A stretch of 64,000 nt of DNA from Candidatus Parcubacteria bacterium (GTDB taxonomy: Bacteria > Patescibacteriota > Minisyncoccia > Phycocordibacterales > PALSA-1337). A program made the translations under genes and the position numbers. Shown here in pieces: positions 39,741-49,401 of this stretch (the stretch's first letter is position 1; each line of letters begins with the position of its first letter). The notes under the pieces were generated by a model. That model was not told the origin of the DNA and searched no databases. It saw nothing but the letters and a program-made list of their open reading frames with translations. Location: assembly GCA_039799225.1 (NCBI GenBank), contig JBDLTF010000001.1, forward strand, positions 42,488 through 106,487, given 5' to 3'.

Positions 39741-40214
39741 TTAGCGACTACACGCCGCATGTGTCAGCGCCACCGCTATAGCGTCATATTCGTCATCTAC
39801 AGTCTTTTTTGCAGGAATATCTATGAGGAGATGAACCATCTTGATGATGCGTTCTTTGTCACTTTTTCCATCACTCGTGATAGCCGACTTGATCTCCATA
39901 GGACCATACTCGTGAACAGGGATTCCTGCGCGTACTGCCTCGTAAATGATGATGCCACGCGCTTCAGAGACTCGCATAGCAGTCTTCTGGTTCTTGGTTA
40001 TGAAAAGAGTTTCCAGAGCCATGGCGTCAGGCTTGTATTCAGCAATGATACGTGCAACTTCTGCGCCAACTGCATGGAAACGGTTGTAAATAGAATCTTT
40101 GGCTGAAGTCTGTAAACAACCAGAGTAGAGAAGGTTCTCGCGACCCTTTGAAGGTTTTTCGATGACGGCAATGCCGAGGCGATCGTATCCAGGATCTATA
40201 CCGAGAATTATCAT
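39741..40214 (-). CDS. ruvC: Holliday junction resolvase RuvC
   Basis: ILGIDPG, ARG, DDEYDAIAVALTH. Confidence 0.95.
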   Translation of the reverse strand: MIILGIDPGYDRLGIAVIEKPSKGRENLLYSGCLQTSAKDSIYNRFHAVGAEVARIIAEYKPDAMALETLFITKNQKTAMRVSEARGIIIYEAVRAGIPVHEYGPMEIKSAITSDGKSDKERIIKMVHLLIDIPAKKTVDDEYDAIAVALTHAACSR

Positions 40215-40253
40215 GGGTTAAGTATAGCGCACACATTTCTGTGTGCGCTCGAA

Positions 40254-40784
40254 TTACTCCGCGTTTGTGAAGACTTCCTGCACCTCATCGTTCTCTTCAA
40301 GTTCTTCAGCGAGCTTGGTGAGGAGTTCAATATCAGCATCTTCGAGTGGCATGGTGGTGGTTGCATTCCAGACGTTACCTTCTTTCTTGAATGCCCATGA
40401 GGCACTCCCTGGGGAGGCGAGCTCGTATCCATTCTTGGAGAGAATATGTTTAACCTCTTGAGCAGCCTTGTTCCTGTTATCAGTGAGGGCCTCTATGAGG
40501 ATTGCGACGCCACCAGGACCATATGCCTCGTAGACGATTGATTCCATATCGGCGGAATTGTCAGTGGTCGCCTTCTTGATGGCGCGATCAATAGTGTCGT
40601 TGGGCATATTCTCAGCACGTGCTTTTTCAATAGCAGCTGCAAGGCCAGGGGAAGAGAGAACACCCTTAGCCTTCTTGGCCTCTACAGTGACGAGGCGTAC
40701 GAGCTTACCGAATGACTTACTCTTCTGAGCGTCATTCTTAGCTTTTATGTGCTTTATCTTGGAATATTTATTATGGCCGGACAT
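40254..40784 (-). CDS. yebC: YebC/PmpR family protein (short form)
   Basis: MSGHNKYSKIKH, YEAYGPGG, LTDNRN, VQEVFTN. Confidence 0.93.
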   Translation of the reverse strand: MSGHNKYSKIKHIKAKNDAQKSKSFGKLVRLVTVEAKKAKGVLSSPGLAAAIEKARAENMPNDTIDRAIKKATTDNSADMESIVYEAYGPGGVAILIEALTDNRNKAAQEVKHILSKNGYELASPGSASWAFKKEGNVWNATTTMPLEDADIELLTKLAEELEENDEVQEVFTNAE

Positions 40785-40789
40785 GGTTT

Positions 40790-41053
40790 TTATTTAAGAG
40801 TAGAAACTATTATGGATACAAGAAAAAGTATTATTAATATCACACCAGCATATTTTGCCCAAATCCTCTCCTTTCTAATTTGTACCGAAGACACAAGACC
40901 GAACAAAGATAATACAAAAGCAAAAATCTCAGCATAATTAGGTCCACCAAATGATCCCTCTATATTAATTACTATAAAGAAAAAAATAGTAGATACCAAG
41001 GATACACAGAAAAGTGTAGTCGAAAAAATATTCCAGTATTTTTTTTTGTTCAT
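40790..41053 (-). CDS. AT-rich small membrane protein
   Basis: 87 aa, three TM segments. Confidence 0.6.
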   Translation of the reverse strand: MNKKKYWNIFSTTLFCVSLVSTIFFFIVINIEGSFGGPNYAEIFAFVLSLFGLVSSVQIRKERIWAKYAGVILIILFLVSIIVSTLK

Positions 41054-41078
41054 ATATTTGTTTGTTAATTATAAGTAA

Positions 41079-42089
41079 TCATAACAACTTCATCGCACCC
41101 TTTTCTCCAAGATGCGCATATGCCTTATCTGTTGCGGTGCGTCCTCTCGGTGTTCTTTCGAGCAAACCAAGTTGAATCAGATACGGTTCGTACACTTCTT
41201 CGACAGTCGCTTGTTCCTCAGAGAGTGCTGCGGCAATAGTGCCAAGACCGACTGGTCCGCCGCCAAATTTATTTATAATCACTTTCAATATCTCACGATC
41301 AGCCGCGGTAAGGCCGAGTGTGTCGACGCCGAGCATGGTGAGAGCCTTCTCGACCACCTCTTTCGTAAGGGAAGTCTTGTGGATCTGCGCATAGTCGCGA
41401 CACCTCTTGAGATGGTAGTTGGCTGTACGGGGAGTGAAGCGTGAGCGGATAGCAATTTCGGTCACTGCATCGTCATGAATCTCAATGTCGAGAATTTTCG
41501 CAGACCTCTTGATGATCTTGGCGATTTCATCATCAGTGTAAAATTCAAGCTTGAACACTCCTCCAGAGAAGCGGGAGCGCAAAGGTGCGGAAATCATAGC
41601 TATCCTTGTGGTTGCGGCGATGAGGGTAAATGGTGGGAGGTCGAGCTGGATAGTCCTTGCTGATGGCCCTTTGCCTATGATAATATCGAGCGTCCCGGAC
41701 TCCATGGCAGGGTAGAGGACTTCTTCGATAGCTTTGTTCAATCGATGAATCTCATCGATGAAGAGAATGTCGCCTGAAGAGAGGTTTGTGACGATAGAGG
41801 CAAGGTCACCAACTTTCAAGATCGCAGGACCCGAAGTCACCTTCATTTGAGAGCCCGTTTCCTTGGCTATAAGGTGCGCCAGAGTCGTTTTACCAAGACC
41901 TGGTGGGCCATAGAAGAGAATGTGTTCAGGAGGATGTTTACGCTCTTGGGCAGCAGTCAGGAGGATATGGAGGTTATCCTTGATGTTCTTCTGGCCTATA
42001 TACTCATCCCAACGTCCAGGACGGAGAGTTTGATCGAGGAATCCAGCATCTTTCTCGACTTCAGGGGTATTTGGAGGGGGTATTGACAT
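41079..42089 (-). CDS. ruvB: Holliday junction helicase RuvB
   Basis: GPPGLGKTTLA, FIDEIHRL, PLRSRF, ERTPRGR. Confidence 0.97.
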   Translation of the reverse strand: MSIPPPNTPEVEKDAGFLDQTLRPGRWDEYIGQKNIKDNLHILLTAAQERKHPPEHILFYGPPGLGKTTLAHLIAKETGSQMKVTSGPAILKVGDLASIVTNLSSGDILFIDEIHRLNKAIEEVLYPAMESGTLDIIIGKGPSARTIQLDLPPFTLIAATTRIAMISAPLRSRFSGGVFKLEFYTDDEIAKIIKRSAKILDIEIHDDAVTEIAIRSRFTPRTANYHLKRCRDYAQIHKTSLTKEVVEKALTMLGVDTLGLTAADREILKVIINKFGGGPVGLGTIAAALSEEQATVEEVYEPYLIQLGLLERTPRGRTATDKAYAHLGEKGAMKLL

Positions 42090-42485
42090 TTTTGATAGGG
42101 TATGCTAAGATACTCTTGAAGTCATATAGGTAGTGTATAATATACATATCAGGAATGCGAACGACAGGTGTCGCATTTTTCTATGTCCACACTAGCGATA
42201 GACATGCCCATTTCGAACTCGTGAACCTCTAAGCAATGGCCTTCCCAGGTTTGGGTATAGTGCTAAGGACATTTTGGTTGCAATGCTTGCATTGCGTACT
42301 GAAATTATCCTCGGGACTCTACCTCGCTTGGCGCATCATGCGCCGAGATATTGCTTAGAGATTCTCTAGTTTGAAGAGATTGTTCTACTGAACATCCTAC
42401 TCCTCGACCCGTCTAGAAATCAATGGGGAAAAGTTCCAGCGCACGCCTTTGACAGGGAAGTCAAAGGCGTTTTCGCTACATGAGA

Positions 42486-42809
42486 CTAACGAAGTTTGGT
42501 TCCAGACTTACGGAGACCTTCTTGGAACGAATGTTGTGCATTAGTGAGATCGGATTGAGCTTTGAGTTTTGCACGCTGAATTTCAGCAATCTTTGCTTTG
42601 AGCTTCGGTATATCTGATTCGGTGGCGTAGAGTTCATGTCTATCAATTTCAACCTTCTTCTGCAATTGAGGAATTTCTTGTTTCAACTGCGCCGCTTTTG
42701 CTTCATGCGCACGGAGCTCTTCTTGGATTGAAGTCAATTCATGAATCTCTTCTTTTATCTGGTTTTGAAGCTGCTGAACCATTTCTGTAACATTCTTTGG
42801 ATTATTCAT
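42486..42809 (-). CDS. Coiled-coil hypothetical protein
   Basis: 107 aa with a heptad pattern, just downstream of pilB. Confidence 0.6.
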   Translation of the reverse strand: MNNPKNVTEMVQQLQNQIKEEIHELTSIQEELRAHEAKAAQLKQEIPQLQKKVEIDRHELYATESDIPKLKAKIAEIQRAKLKAQSDLTNAQHSFQEGLRKSGTKLR

Positions 42810-42821
42810 GGGTAGATATTA

Positions 42822-44495
42822 TTAGTCTGTCAGCGCAATCACTCTTTCAAGCTCACTCATCGATGTAACACCCTGCAATATCTTGAGTGTACCATCTTGC
42901 TTCATAGTGAGAATACCTTGGCCTGCAGCAGCAGTCCAAATCTCACGCTCGCTCGGGTTTAGTTCCACAGCGTCCTCAATCTTCTTATTGGTGAGGATGG
43001 CTTCATAGATACCGATACGGCCCTTGTAGCCAGTTTTGTTACACTTCTCGCACCCGACAGAGATCCACATCTTAGAACGATCAGCAGGGACGAGAGATCT
43101 ATCTTCGATAGTTTGGACGGTTGTCTCGATATTCTGCTGGATGTCACCCTCGACAGGAACTTCTTTCTTACAATTTTCACAGAGCTTACGAACAAGGCGC
43201 TGGGCCATTGCAACGCGAATGGCGGATGTGAGCACCTTTGAGTTCACACCGAGGTCGATGAGGCGAGGATAGGTTCCTGCAGCGTCGTTGGTATGGAGGG
43301 TAGAGAACACAAGGTGACCGGTCAAAGCGGAATTCACTGCGATATCAGCCGTCTCGTTGTCGCGGATTTCACCGACCATGATGATGTCAGGGTCTTGGCG
43401 AACGGCGGCACGGAGTCCTTCAAGGAAGTTATATCCCTTGTCGTTGACCTGTGTCTGAACGATACCAGGGAGGTGGTATTCGATAGGGTCTTCGATGGTG
43501 ACAATCTTGATTTGAGGATTGTGCACCTTTTTCAAGAATGAATAGAGCGTGGTCGTCTTTCCAGAACCGGTCGGACCAGTAGTGAGAATCATACCGTCAG
43601 GTCGCTCGATCTCTTTGAGCAATATATCGAGAAGTTTTTTATTGATACCTAGAGACTCGAGAGGGACATCAATAGATTTCGGATTGAGGAGACGCATCAC
43701 GACTGATTCATTGTATGCGCCTGGCAATATAGAGACACGGACTTCGATGTCGCCGATAGGGAGGCGGATACTGAAGCGTCCATCCTGAGAATCTTTCTTG
43801 ATATTGAGCTTCATTCCCGAAATGAGCTTGATGCGAGAAAGGATGAGGCCATATGTTTCGTTGTCGAAACGAGTCACTTCTTGCAAGACACCGTCGAGAC
43901 GGTAGCGGAGCTGAACATATTTCTCCTCAGGTTCAAGGTGGATGTCTGATGCGTCGATGGCGAGTGCTCCAGCGACGGCAGTCTCAAGAATGCGGGACAC
44001 GCGATAACTCTTCTTTCCAGACAGAGTGTTCTCAAGAATGGAGACAATAACAGGAAGACTCTTAGCCTCCTTCACAATTGCGGCGATGTCGTCATTTGAG
44101 ATTTCAAGTGATCCAGCCTTGCTCTCATAAGCGAATGAGAGGTCTTTGTACATCTTCCATGCTTTTTCGAGACTCTGGGTGGAGGCTATGTAGAGTTCAG
44201 GATTGTATCCTTTGGTCTTAAGGTCGGCGATGACAGCGGCAACCTTCTCGTCTTGTGGATTGCGCGCGGCAACCTTGATTCTTTTGTCTATGAGCGCAAA
44301 TCCAGCCGTCTGAGTCTTGCGTGCGTCATCTTCCTTGATGAGGCGTAGAGCGTCAGAGTTCACGGGTGTACCGAGGAGATTTACATATTCAACACCATAT
44401 TTACCAGAAAGGATCTGGACGAGGTCTTCCTCCTCCTTGTGGAGGAGTTGATCGAGCCTCCTCTTCTGCTTATCTTCGTCGAAAGTGATGGTCAT
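42822..44495 (-). CDS. pilB: Type IV pilus assembly ATPase PilB/GspE
   Basis: ASDIHLEP, GPTGSGKTTT, RQDPDIIMVGEIRD, LSTLHTN-type His box, two CxxC; ATG at 44495. Confidence 0.92.
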   Translation of the reverse strand: MTITFDEDKQKRRLDQLLHKEEEDLVQILSGKYGVEYVNLLGTPVNSDALRLIKEDDARKTQTAGFALIDKRIKVAARNPQDEKVAAVIADLKTKGYNPELYIASTQSLEKAWKMYKDLSFAYESKAGSLEISNDDIAAIVKEAKSLPVIVSILENTLSGKKSYRVSRILETAVAGALAIDASDIHLEPEEKYVQLRYRLDGVLQEVTRFDNETYGLILSRIKLISGMKLNIKKDSQDGRFSIRLPIGDIEVRVSILPGAYNESVVMRLLNPKSIDVPLESLGINKKLLDILLKEIERPDGMILTTGPTGSGKTTTLYSFLKKVHNPQIKIVTIEDPIEYHLPGIVQTQVNDKGYNFLEGLRAAVRQDPDIIMVGEIRDNETADIAVNSALTGHLVFSTLHTNDAAGTYPRLIDLGVNSKVLTSAIRVAMAQRLVRKLCENCKKEVPVEGDIQQNIETTVQTIEDRSLVPADRSKMWISVGCEKCNKTGYKGRIGIYEAILTNKKIEDAVELNPSEREIWTAAAGQGILTMKQDGTLKILQGVTSMSELERVIALTD

Positions 44496-44503
44496 TGATG
44501 TAC

Positions 44504-44584
44504 AGTATAGCGACAAGTGAGGACTTGTGGAAGCTCGCTTACACAAAGTCCGAGCGCGGATGATATATGAGCGGAGCGAATATT
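44504..44584 (-). repeat. Hairpin/promoter repeat, copy 1
   Basis: Homologous to 59133-59218; hairpin 44521-44551; ends in TATACT 8 nt before the pilB ATG. Confidence 0.75.
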
Positions 44585-44730
44585 TCGCAAAAAAGGGAGC
44601 TGTGTCGTGCGGATAAGAGCTCTCAACTAAGCCATGGGAAGCCTATTGACTTTCATCATATAAATGTGATATAATATACTATAGAAAAGCATATGCGACG
44701 CAATTCCGCGTCACATGAACAAAAGGTTTT

Positions 44731-45315
44731 ATGAAGAAGATCCTTGTCATCATTATCGCGACGATCGTCGCAATCGTTCCTGTTGCCAACGCGCAACAAG
44801 GGAGTCAGAAAAGTCCGGGCGTCACCATCTACAGTGCTGATGGCACGAAGAGTGACATTGGCATTGGAGGCTCACCGAGTAAGACGTGTGTGCGTTTGTG
44901 TAAATGTTCCCGCCATACCGTCACCGTCAAGAAAGTGGTTGGCCCGACATACACATGGACGTCGCCTCAAGGTACTCCGTGTGCTCCCGCCAATACAGTG
45001 GTCGTGGTGCAACAAGTAGTTTCGCAGCCGACCTATGTGGTTCAGCCAAGATGTACAGAGACTCCAGGGCGAGTATGGGGCATGACGTTCCCGTTTGTCG
45101 CTTCCGCAGGAATTGGCATCAGCACGTACCCGAGCTCGTATTATTCGGAAACGTACTGGCAGCATGATTCTCGGTATCAGGAACGCTACAACATGGCGGC
45201 GACCAGATATGGATATGATAGTCGTCGTTCTGGTGGTCAGAGCTTCAACAATAATCCGTACGGTTCACGTCCTTCTGTTGGAGATATGTATGGCCACAGT
45301 GGCCGTCGTCGATAA
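44731..45315 (+). CDS. Secreted hypothetical protein
   Basis: Signal peptide (ANA|Q); own promoter TTGACT...TATAAT at 44646-44675 and terminator at ~45339-45378. Confidence 0.65.
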   Translation: MKKILVIIIATIVAIVPVANAQQGSQKSPGVTIYSADGTKSDIGIGGSPSKTCVRLCKCSRHTVTVKKVVGPTYTWTSPQGTPCAPANTVVVVQQVVSQPTYVVQPRCTETPGRVWGMTFPFVASAGIGISTYPSSYYSETYWQHDSRYQERYNMAATRYGYDSRRSGGQSFNNNPYGSRPSVGDMYGHSGRRR

Positions 45316-45426
45316 TCAGTGGTAATCGCAAGTAGTGCCCGCGCTTTCTCTTTCGAGAGAAGGCGCGGTTTTTATTTACCCGGGAAGCTTGCTGATTATC
45401 TTCTGCCTGCTAGTATTAGCGCACTG

Positions 45427-45882
45427 ATGAAACACACCTCTCATTCTCTGGAAGAGACAGCGCAGATCGCCCATGGATGGCTTGCGTCTATTTCGAAGAA
45501 GAAACTTACGAACGAGGCAACAGTCGTCGGTCTTTCTGGTCATCTCGGCGCAGGGAAGACTGCTTTTACGAAATGTATAGCCAAAGAATTTGGTATTGCT
45601 GAAGATGTGACGAGTCCAACGTTTGTCATCATGAAGATATATCCGGTAGATTCTGCCAAGAATTTCCCCTGGAAGAAATTGGTGCACATCGATGCATATC
45701 GTTTCGAGCGCGCCCAAGAATTGGAATCAATCGATTTTGAGAAATATGCGGCAGATCCAGACAACCTTATTTTGATTGAGTGGCCGGAGAATGTGAAGGA
45801 GATGGTGGAGAATCTGGAGGGATATTCACAGATACATTTCAGCGCCGGAGACGGGGATACAGAGAGAGTGGTCGAATTCTAG
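45427..45882 (+). CDS. tsaE: t6A biosynthesis ATPase TsaE
   Basis: GHLGAGKT, SPTF, HIDAYR, IEW; ATG at 45427. Confidence 0.93.
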   Translation: MKHTSHSLEETAQIAHGWLASISKKKLTNEATVVGLSGHLGAGKTAFTKCIAKEFGIAEDVTSPTFVIMKIYPVDSAKNFPWKKLVHIDAYRFERAQELESIDFEKYAADPDNLILIEWPENVKEMVENLEGYSQIHFSAGDGDTERVVEF

Positions 45883-45923
45883 ACATCGTTCATTCTAGCC
45901 CTATTCTGGTGTACAATGCCCCT

Positions 45924-48464
45924 ATGTCACCAGCCAAGAAAAAGTCCTCACAGAAGGGCGCACAGGAGACCAAGAGGCTGGTCTTGCTGGATTCTCACGC
46001 CATACTCCATCGTGCCTATCACGCCCTACCTGATTTCTCGACAGCGCGTGGTGAACCTACCGGAGCACTCTATGGCCTCTCAGCCATGCTTATTAGTATC
46101 ATCGAGCAGCTCAAGCCTGACTATGTGGTCGCGTGTTATGACCTCAAAGGCCCTACATTCCGCCATGAGGCGTACAAGGCGTACAAAGCTCAGCGTAAGG
46201 ATATAGATGATGACCTCATCACGCAGATCAATAGGTCGCCCGACATATTCAAGTCATTGGATGTGCCGATTTATAGTAAAGAAGGATTTGAAGCGGACGA
46301 TATGCTCGGTACTATTGTCGAACAAGTGAAGGCACAGAATGCTTCCAAGAAAAGTGGGCCGAAGATCGAAATTGTTATCGCATCGGGAGATATGGATACC
46401 CTTCAGCTTGTACGCGGCAAAGACGTGCAGGTGTACACACTCAAGAAGGGTATCAAGGATACGATTATTTATGATGAGGATATGGTTCGTGAACGATTTG
46501 GATTTGGCCCTGAACTCATTCCTGACTATAAGGGTCTTCGTGGTGATCCGTCAGATAATATTATTGGTGTGAAAGGTATTGGTGAGAAGACAGCGACGAT
46601 TCTCATCACGACATTTGGAACGATGGAGAAGATGTATAAGGAATTGGAAGCTGGTCATGAGAAAAAGTTCTTGGATGCAGGAATCACGCCGCGCATTGTT
46701 CAGCTTTTGAAAGATAACAAAGAAGAGGCGGAATTTAGCAAGATGCTCGCGACTATCAATAGGAAGGCGCCAGTGGAATTTGTTGTGCCAGAAAAAACAT
46801 TTAAGGAAGGTCTTGATATCAAGAAGGTAACGGCGTTGTGGACTCAGCTTGAATTTAGAATGTTGATACAGAGGTTGCAGAAGGTCGTCGGCGGTGGGGG
46901 TTCAGGAGCAGCAACAGAGGAAAGTAGATTCGCTCAGGGTACGCCGTCTGCGTCTGCTGACGCAGCGGCTCGTTCTCCTTCGCCTACGCTCAGTCCGAAA
47001 CGTCCTTCAGAACCTCTCCCTCCAGGCGAAACGCCAGTGGTGACTTCGCTCTTTAATAGCAATATAGATCAGAAACTGCTTAAGGAGACGTTGCTTGCGT
47101 TGTGGCTAGTGAATTCGAATCTGACCAATCCGACATTGGAGGATCTGCTCAATTTTGGTAACACGGATGAATTTGAGAAGGCGAGAGAGGTGGTGTATAT
47201 AGAGTTGGATAAGAGAAATCTCCGCAAGGTGTATGAGGATATTGAACTTCCACTTATTCCGATTACGGATAAGATGGAGGAACGCGGTATCAAAGTAGAT
47301 AAGATTCTCTTGGAAGATCTCGGTAAGAAGTATCATGCGAAGGCGAATCAGTTGCAGAAGGAGATTTGGAAACTCGCGGATATGGAATTTAACATCAGCT
47401 CGCCCAAGCAACTTGGTGAAGTGCTTTTCGATAAGCTTGGATTGACGGCAAAAGGCATGAAGAAAACTGCTGGTGGCGCACGCTCTACCAAAGAATCCGA
47501 GTTGGAGAAGCTTGTTGATTTGCATCCTATCGTGAAGCTCATCTTCGAATACCGTGAACTCACCAAGCTTCTCTCTACATATATAGACGCTATTCCGCCG
47601 CTGCTCGATAAGGGTAATCGTCTTCATTCACATCTGGTTTCTGCTGGATCTGCGACAGGTCGTATGGCTTCGATCAATCCGAATCTTCAGAATATTCCGA
47701 TCAAGACAGAACTTGGTAAGGCGATCAGGTATGCGTTCGTCGCTGAGAAAGGGTACAAGCTCTGCAGTTTCGACTATTCGCAGATAGAGCTTCGTATTGC
47801 GGCATTTATTTCTGGTGATCAGAAAATGATTGAAATCTTCAAGGGTGGAGAGGATGTGCATGCGTCAGTGGCTTCGTTTGTCTTCAAGGTGCCGCAGGAT
47901 AAGGTCAATCATGAGATGCGTCGTCAGGCCAAGGCGATCAACTTCGGCATGCTCTATGGTATGGGCGTCACCTCTCTCCAGAAGAGCATCGGTACAGATC
48001 GTCCGACAGCTCAGAAATTCTATGACGACTATTTCCAGACATTCTCGACGCTGGCGGACTATTTGAATGGAGTGAAGGCGGAGACTGCTCGTCGCGGATA
48101 TACAGAGACATTCTTCGGTCGTCGTAGGTATTTCGAGGGGATCAAGTCCAAGATTCCGTACATTCGTGCACAAGCTGAGCGTATGGCTATCAACGCGCCA
48201 ATTCAAGGTACTGAAGCGGATGTGATCAAGATCGCGATGATCAGGGTGGATGAATATATCAAGAAGGAGGGGCTTGAGAATGATGTGCATGCGTTGCTTC
48301 AGGTGCATGATGAACTTGTGTATGAGATCAAGAATGAGAAAGCTGAAACGGTTTCCAAAGAGATTGAGAAAATCATGGAAGGAGTGATGAGTCTCGAAGA
48401 TACGAAGGGTATTAGGCTTCGTGCTGATGGGGCGATAGGGGAGACTTGGGGTGAGTTGAAGTAA
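45924..48464 (+). CDS. polA: DNA polymerase I (5'-3' exonuclease plus polymerase; proofreading domain reduced)
   Basis: RAYHA, EADD, GDPSDNI, PNLQNIP, DYSQIELR, KAINFG, QVHDEL; ATG at 45924. Confidence 0.96.
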   Translation: MSPAKKKSSQKGAQETKRLVLLDSHAILHRAYHALPDFSTARGEPTGALYGLSAMLISIIEQLKPDYVVACYDLKGPTFRHEAYKAYKAQRKDIDDDLITQINRSPDIFKSLDVPIYSKEGFEADDMLGTIVEQVKAQNASKKSGPKIEIVIASGDMDTLQLVRGKDVQVYTLKKGIKDTIIYDEDMVRERFGFGPELIPDYKGLRGDPSDNIIGVKGIGEKTATILITTFGTMEKMYKELEAGHEKKFLDAGITPRIVQLLKDNKEEAEFSKMLATINRKAPVEFVVPEKTFKEGLDIKKVTALWTQLEFRMLIQRLQKVVGGGGSGAATEESRFAQGTPSASADAAARSPSPTLSPKRPSEPLPPGETPVVTSLFNSNIDQKLLKETLLALWLVNSNLTNPTLEDLLNFGNTDEFEKAREVVYIELDKRNLRKVYEDIELPLIPITDKMEERGIKVDKILLEDLGKKYHAKANQLQKEIWKLADMEFNISSPKQLGEVLFDKLGLTAKGMKKTAGGARSTKESELEKLVDLHPIVKLIFEYRELTKLLSTYIDAIPPLLDKGNRLHSHLVSAGSATGRMASINPNLQNIPIKTELGKAIRYAFVAEKGYKLCSFDYSQIELRIAAFISGDQKMIEIFKGGEDVHASVASFVFKVPQDKVNHEMRRQAKAINFGMLYGMGVTSLQKSIGTDRPTAQKFYDDYFQTFSTLADYLNGVKAETARRGYTETFFGRRRYFEGIKSKIPYIRAQAERMAINAPIQGTEADVIKIAMIRVDEYIKKEGLENDVHALLQVHDELVYEIKNEKAETVSKEIEKIMEGVMSLEDTKGIRLRADGAIGETWGELK

Positions 48465-48468
48465 TCAT

Positions 48469-49206
48469 ATGCTCTACGTATTTCACGGCACAGATATAGC
48501 CTCCGCAGTGACCAAAGCAACCTCTCTGGTGGATTCACTGCGTACCAAGCGTCCTGATGCATCATATGTACGCGTTGAGGCGTCTCAGTGGAGTCCTTCT
48601 ATCATCGAGGAACATATTGGCGGACAGGGACTCTTCTCAAATAAATACATCATCTACCTTGATCGTGTGACAGAGAATGCAGAAGCAAAAGAATCATTCG
48701 CTGAATTTGTATCAGTCATGGCTGAGTCGACGAACATATTCATCGTCTTGGAAGGGAAGCTCAATGCGGAATTGAAAAAAGCATTTGAGAAGCATGCTGA
48801 GAAAATGGTTGAGTGTGAGAAAAAAGAAGCTGTTAAAAGTTTCGGTGCTGCTTCAGGAGAGTTCAACATCTTCGCGCTTGCCGATGCGGTCGGAGCTCGA
48901 GATCCATTCAAGGCTTGGTCGGTCTATCGTCAGGCAGTCGACGAAGGGAATGAACCGGAGAGTATTATCGGTACACTTTTCTGGCAGGTGAAGTCTATGA
49001 AGCTTGCGGCGGATGCGAAGAGTGCAGGCGAATCTGGCTTGAGTCCGTTCGTGTTTACGAAGGCAAAAAAGGCAGCAGGAAATTATTCAGGAGATGAACT
49101 TGGTAGGCTTACGGACAAGTTGATCTCGATATATCACGATGCACATCGAGGTATGTGTGATGCGGAGTTGGCGGTGGAGAGAGTGATGCTCGACTTGAAG
49201 AAGTAG
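48469..49206 (+). CDS. holA: DNA polymerase III delta subunit-like
   Basis: MLYVFHG, GLFSNK, NIFALADA, C-terminal helical domain. Confidence 0.7.
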   Translation: MLYVFHGTDIASAVTKATSLVDSLRTKRPDASYVRVEASQWSPSIIEEHIGGQGLFSNKYIIYLDRVTENAEAKESFAEFVSVMAESTNIFIVLEGKLNAELKKAFEKHAEKMVECEKKEAVKSFGAASGEFNIFALADAVGARDPFKAWSVYRQAVDEGNEPESIIGTLFWQVKSMKLAADAKSAGESGLSPFVFTKAKKAAGNYSGDELGRLTDKLISIYHDAHRGMCDAELAVERVMLDLKK

Positions 49207-49320
49207 GTTTTTGTGGTAATGTATGCTCTGAGGCAAGTATCGCTGAAATTCTGGTCGAAAATATTTCGTCGCTCACGCGACAAAATATCTTTCGATCCGA
49301 ATTTCGCAAAACCGAAATTC

Positions 49321-49393
49321 GCGCCCATAGCTCAGTCGGTAGAGCAACTCCCTTTTAAGGAGTGGGTCGTTGGTTCGATTCCAACTGGGCGCA
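49321..49393 (+). tRNA. tRNA-Lys(TTT)
   Basis: GCGCCCA...TGGGCGC-A; arm ACTCC-CTTTTAA-GGAGT. Confidence 0.95.
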
Positions 49394-49401
49394 CAAAAAT
49401 A

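Noticed and set aside
45319-45923. N-terminal extensions of tsaE (45319) and polA (45780)
   Set aside because: They overlap a terminator or the upstream gene; -10 boxes sit just before ATG 45427 and ATG 45924
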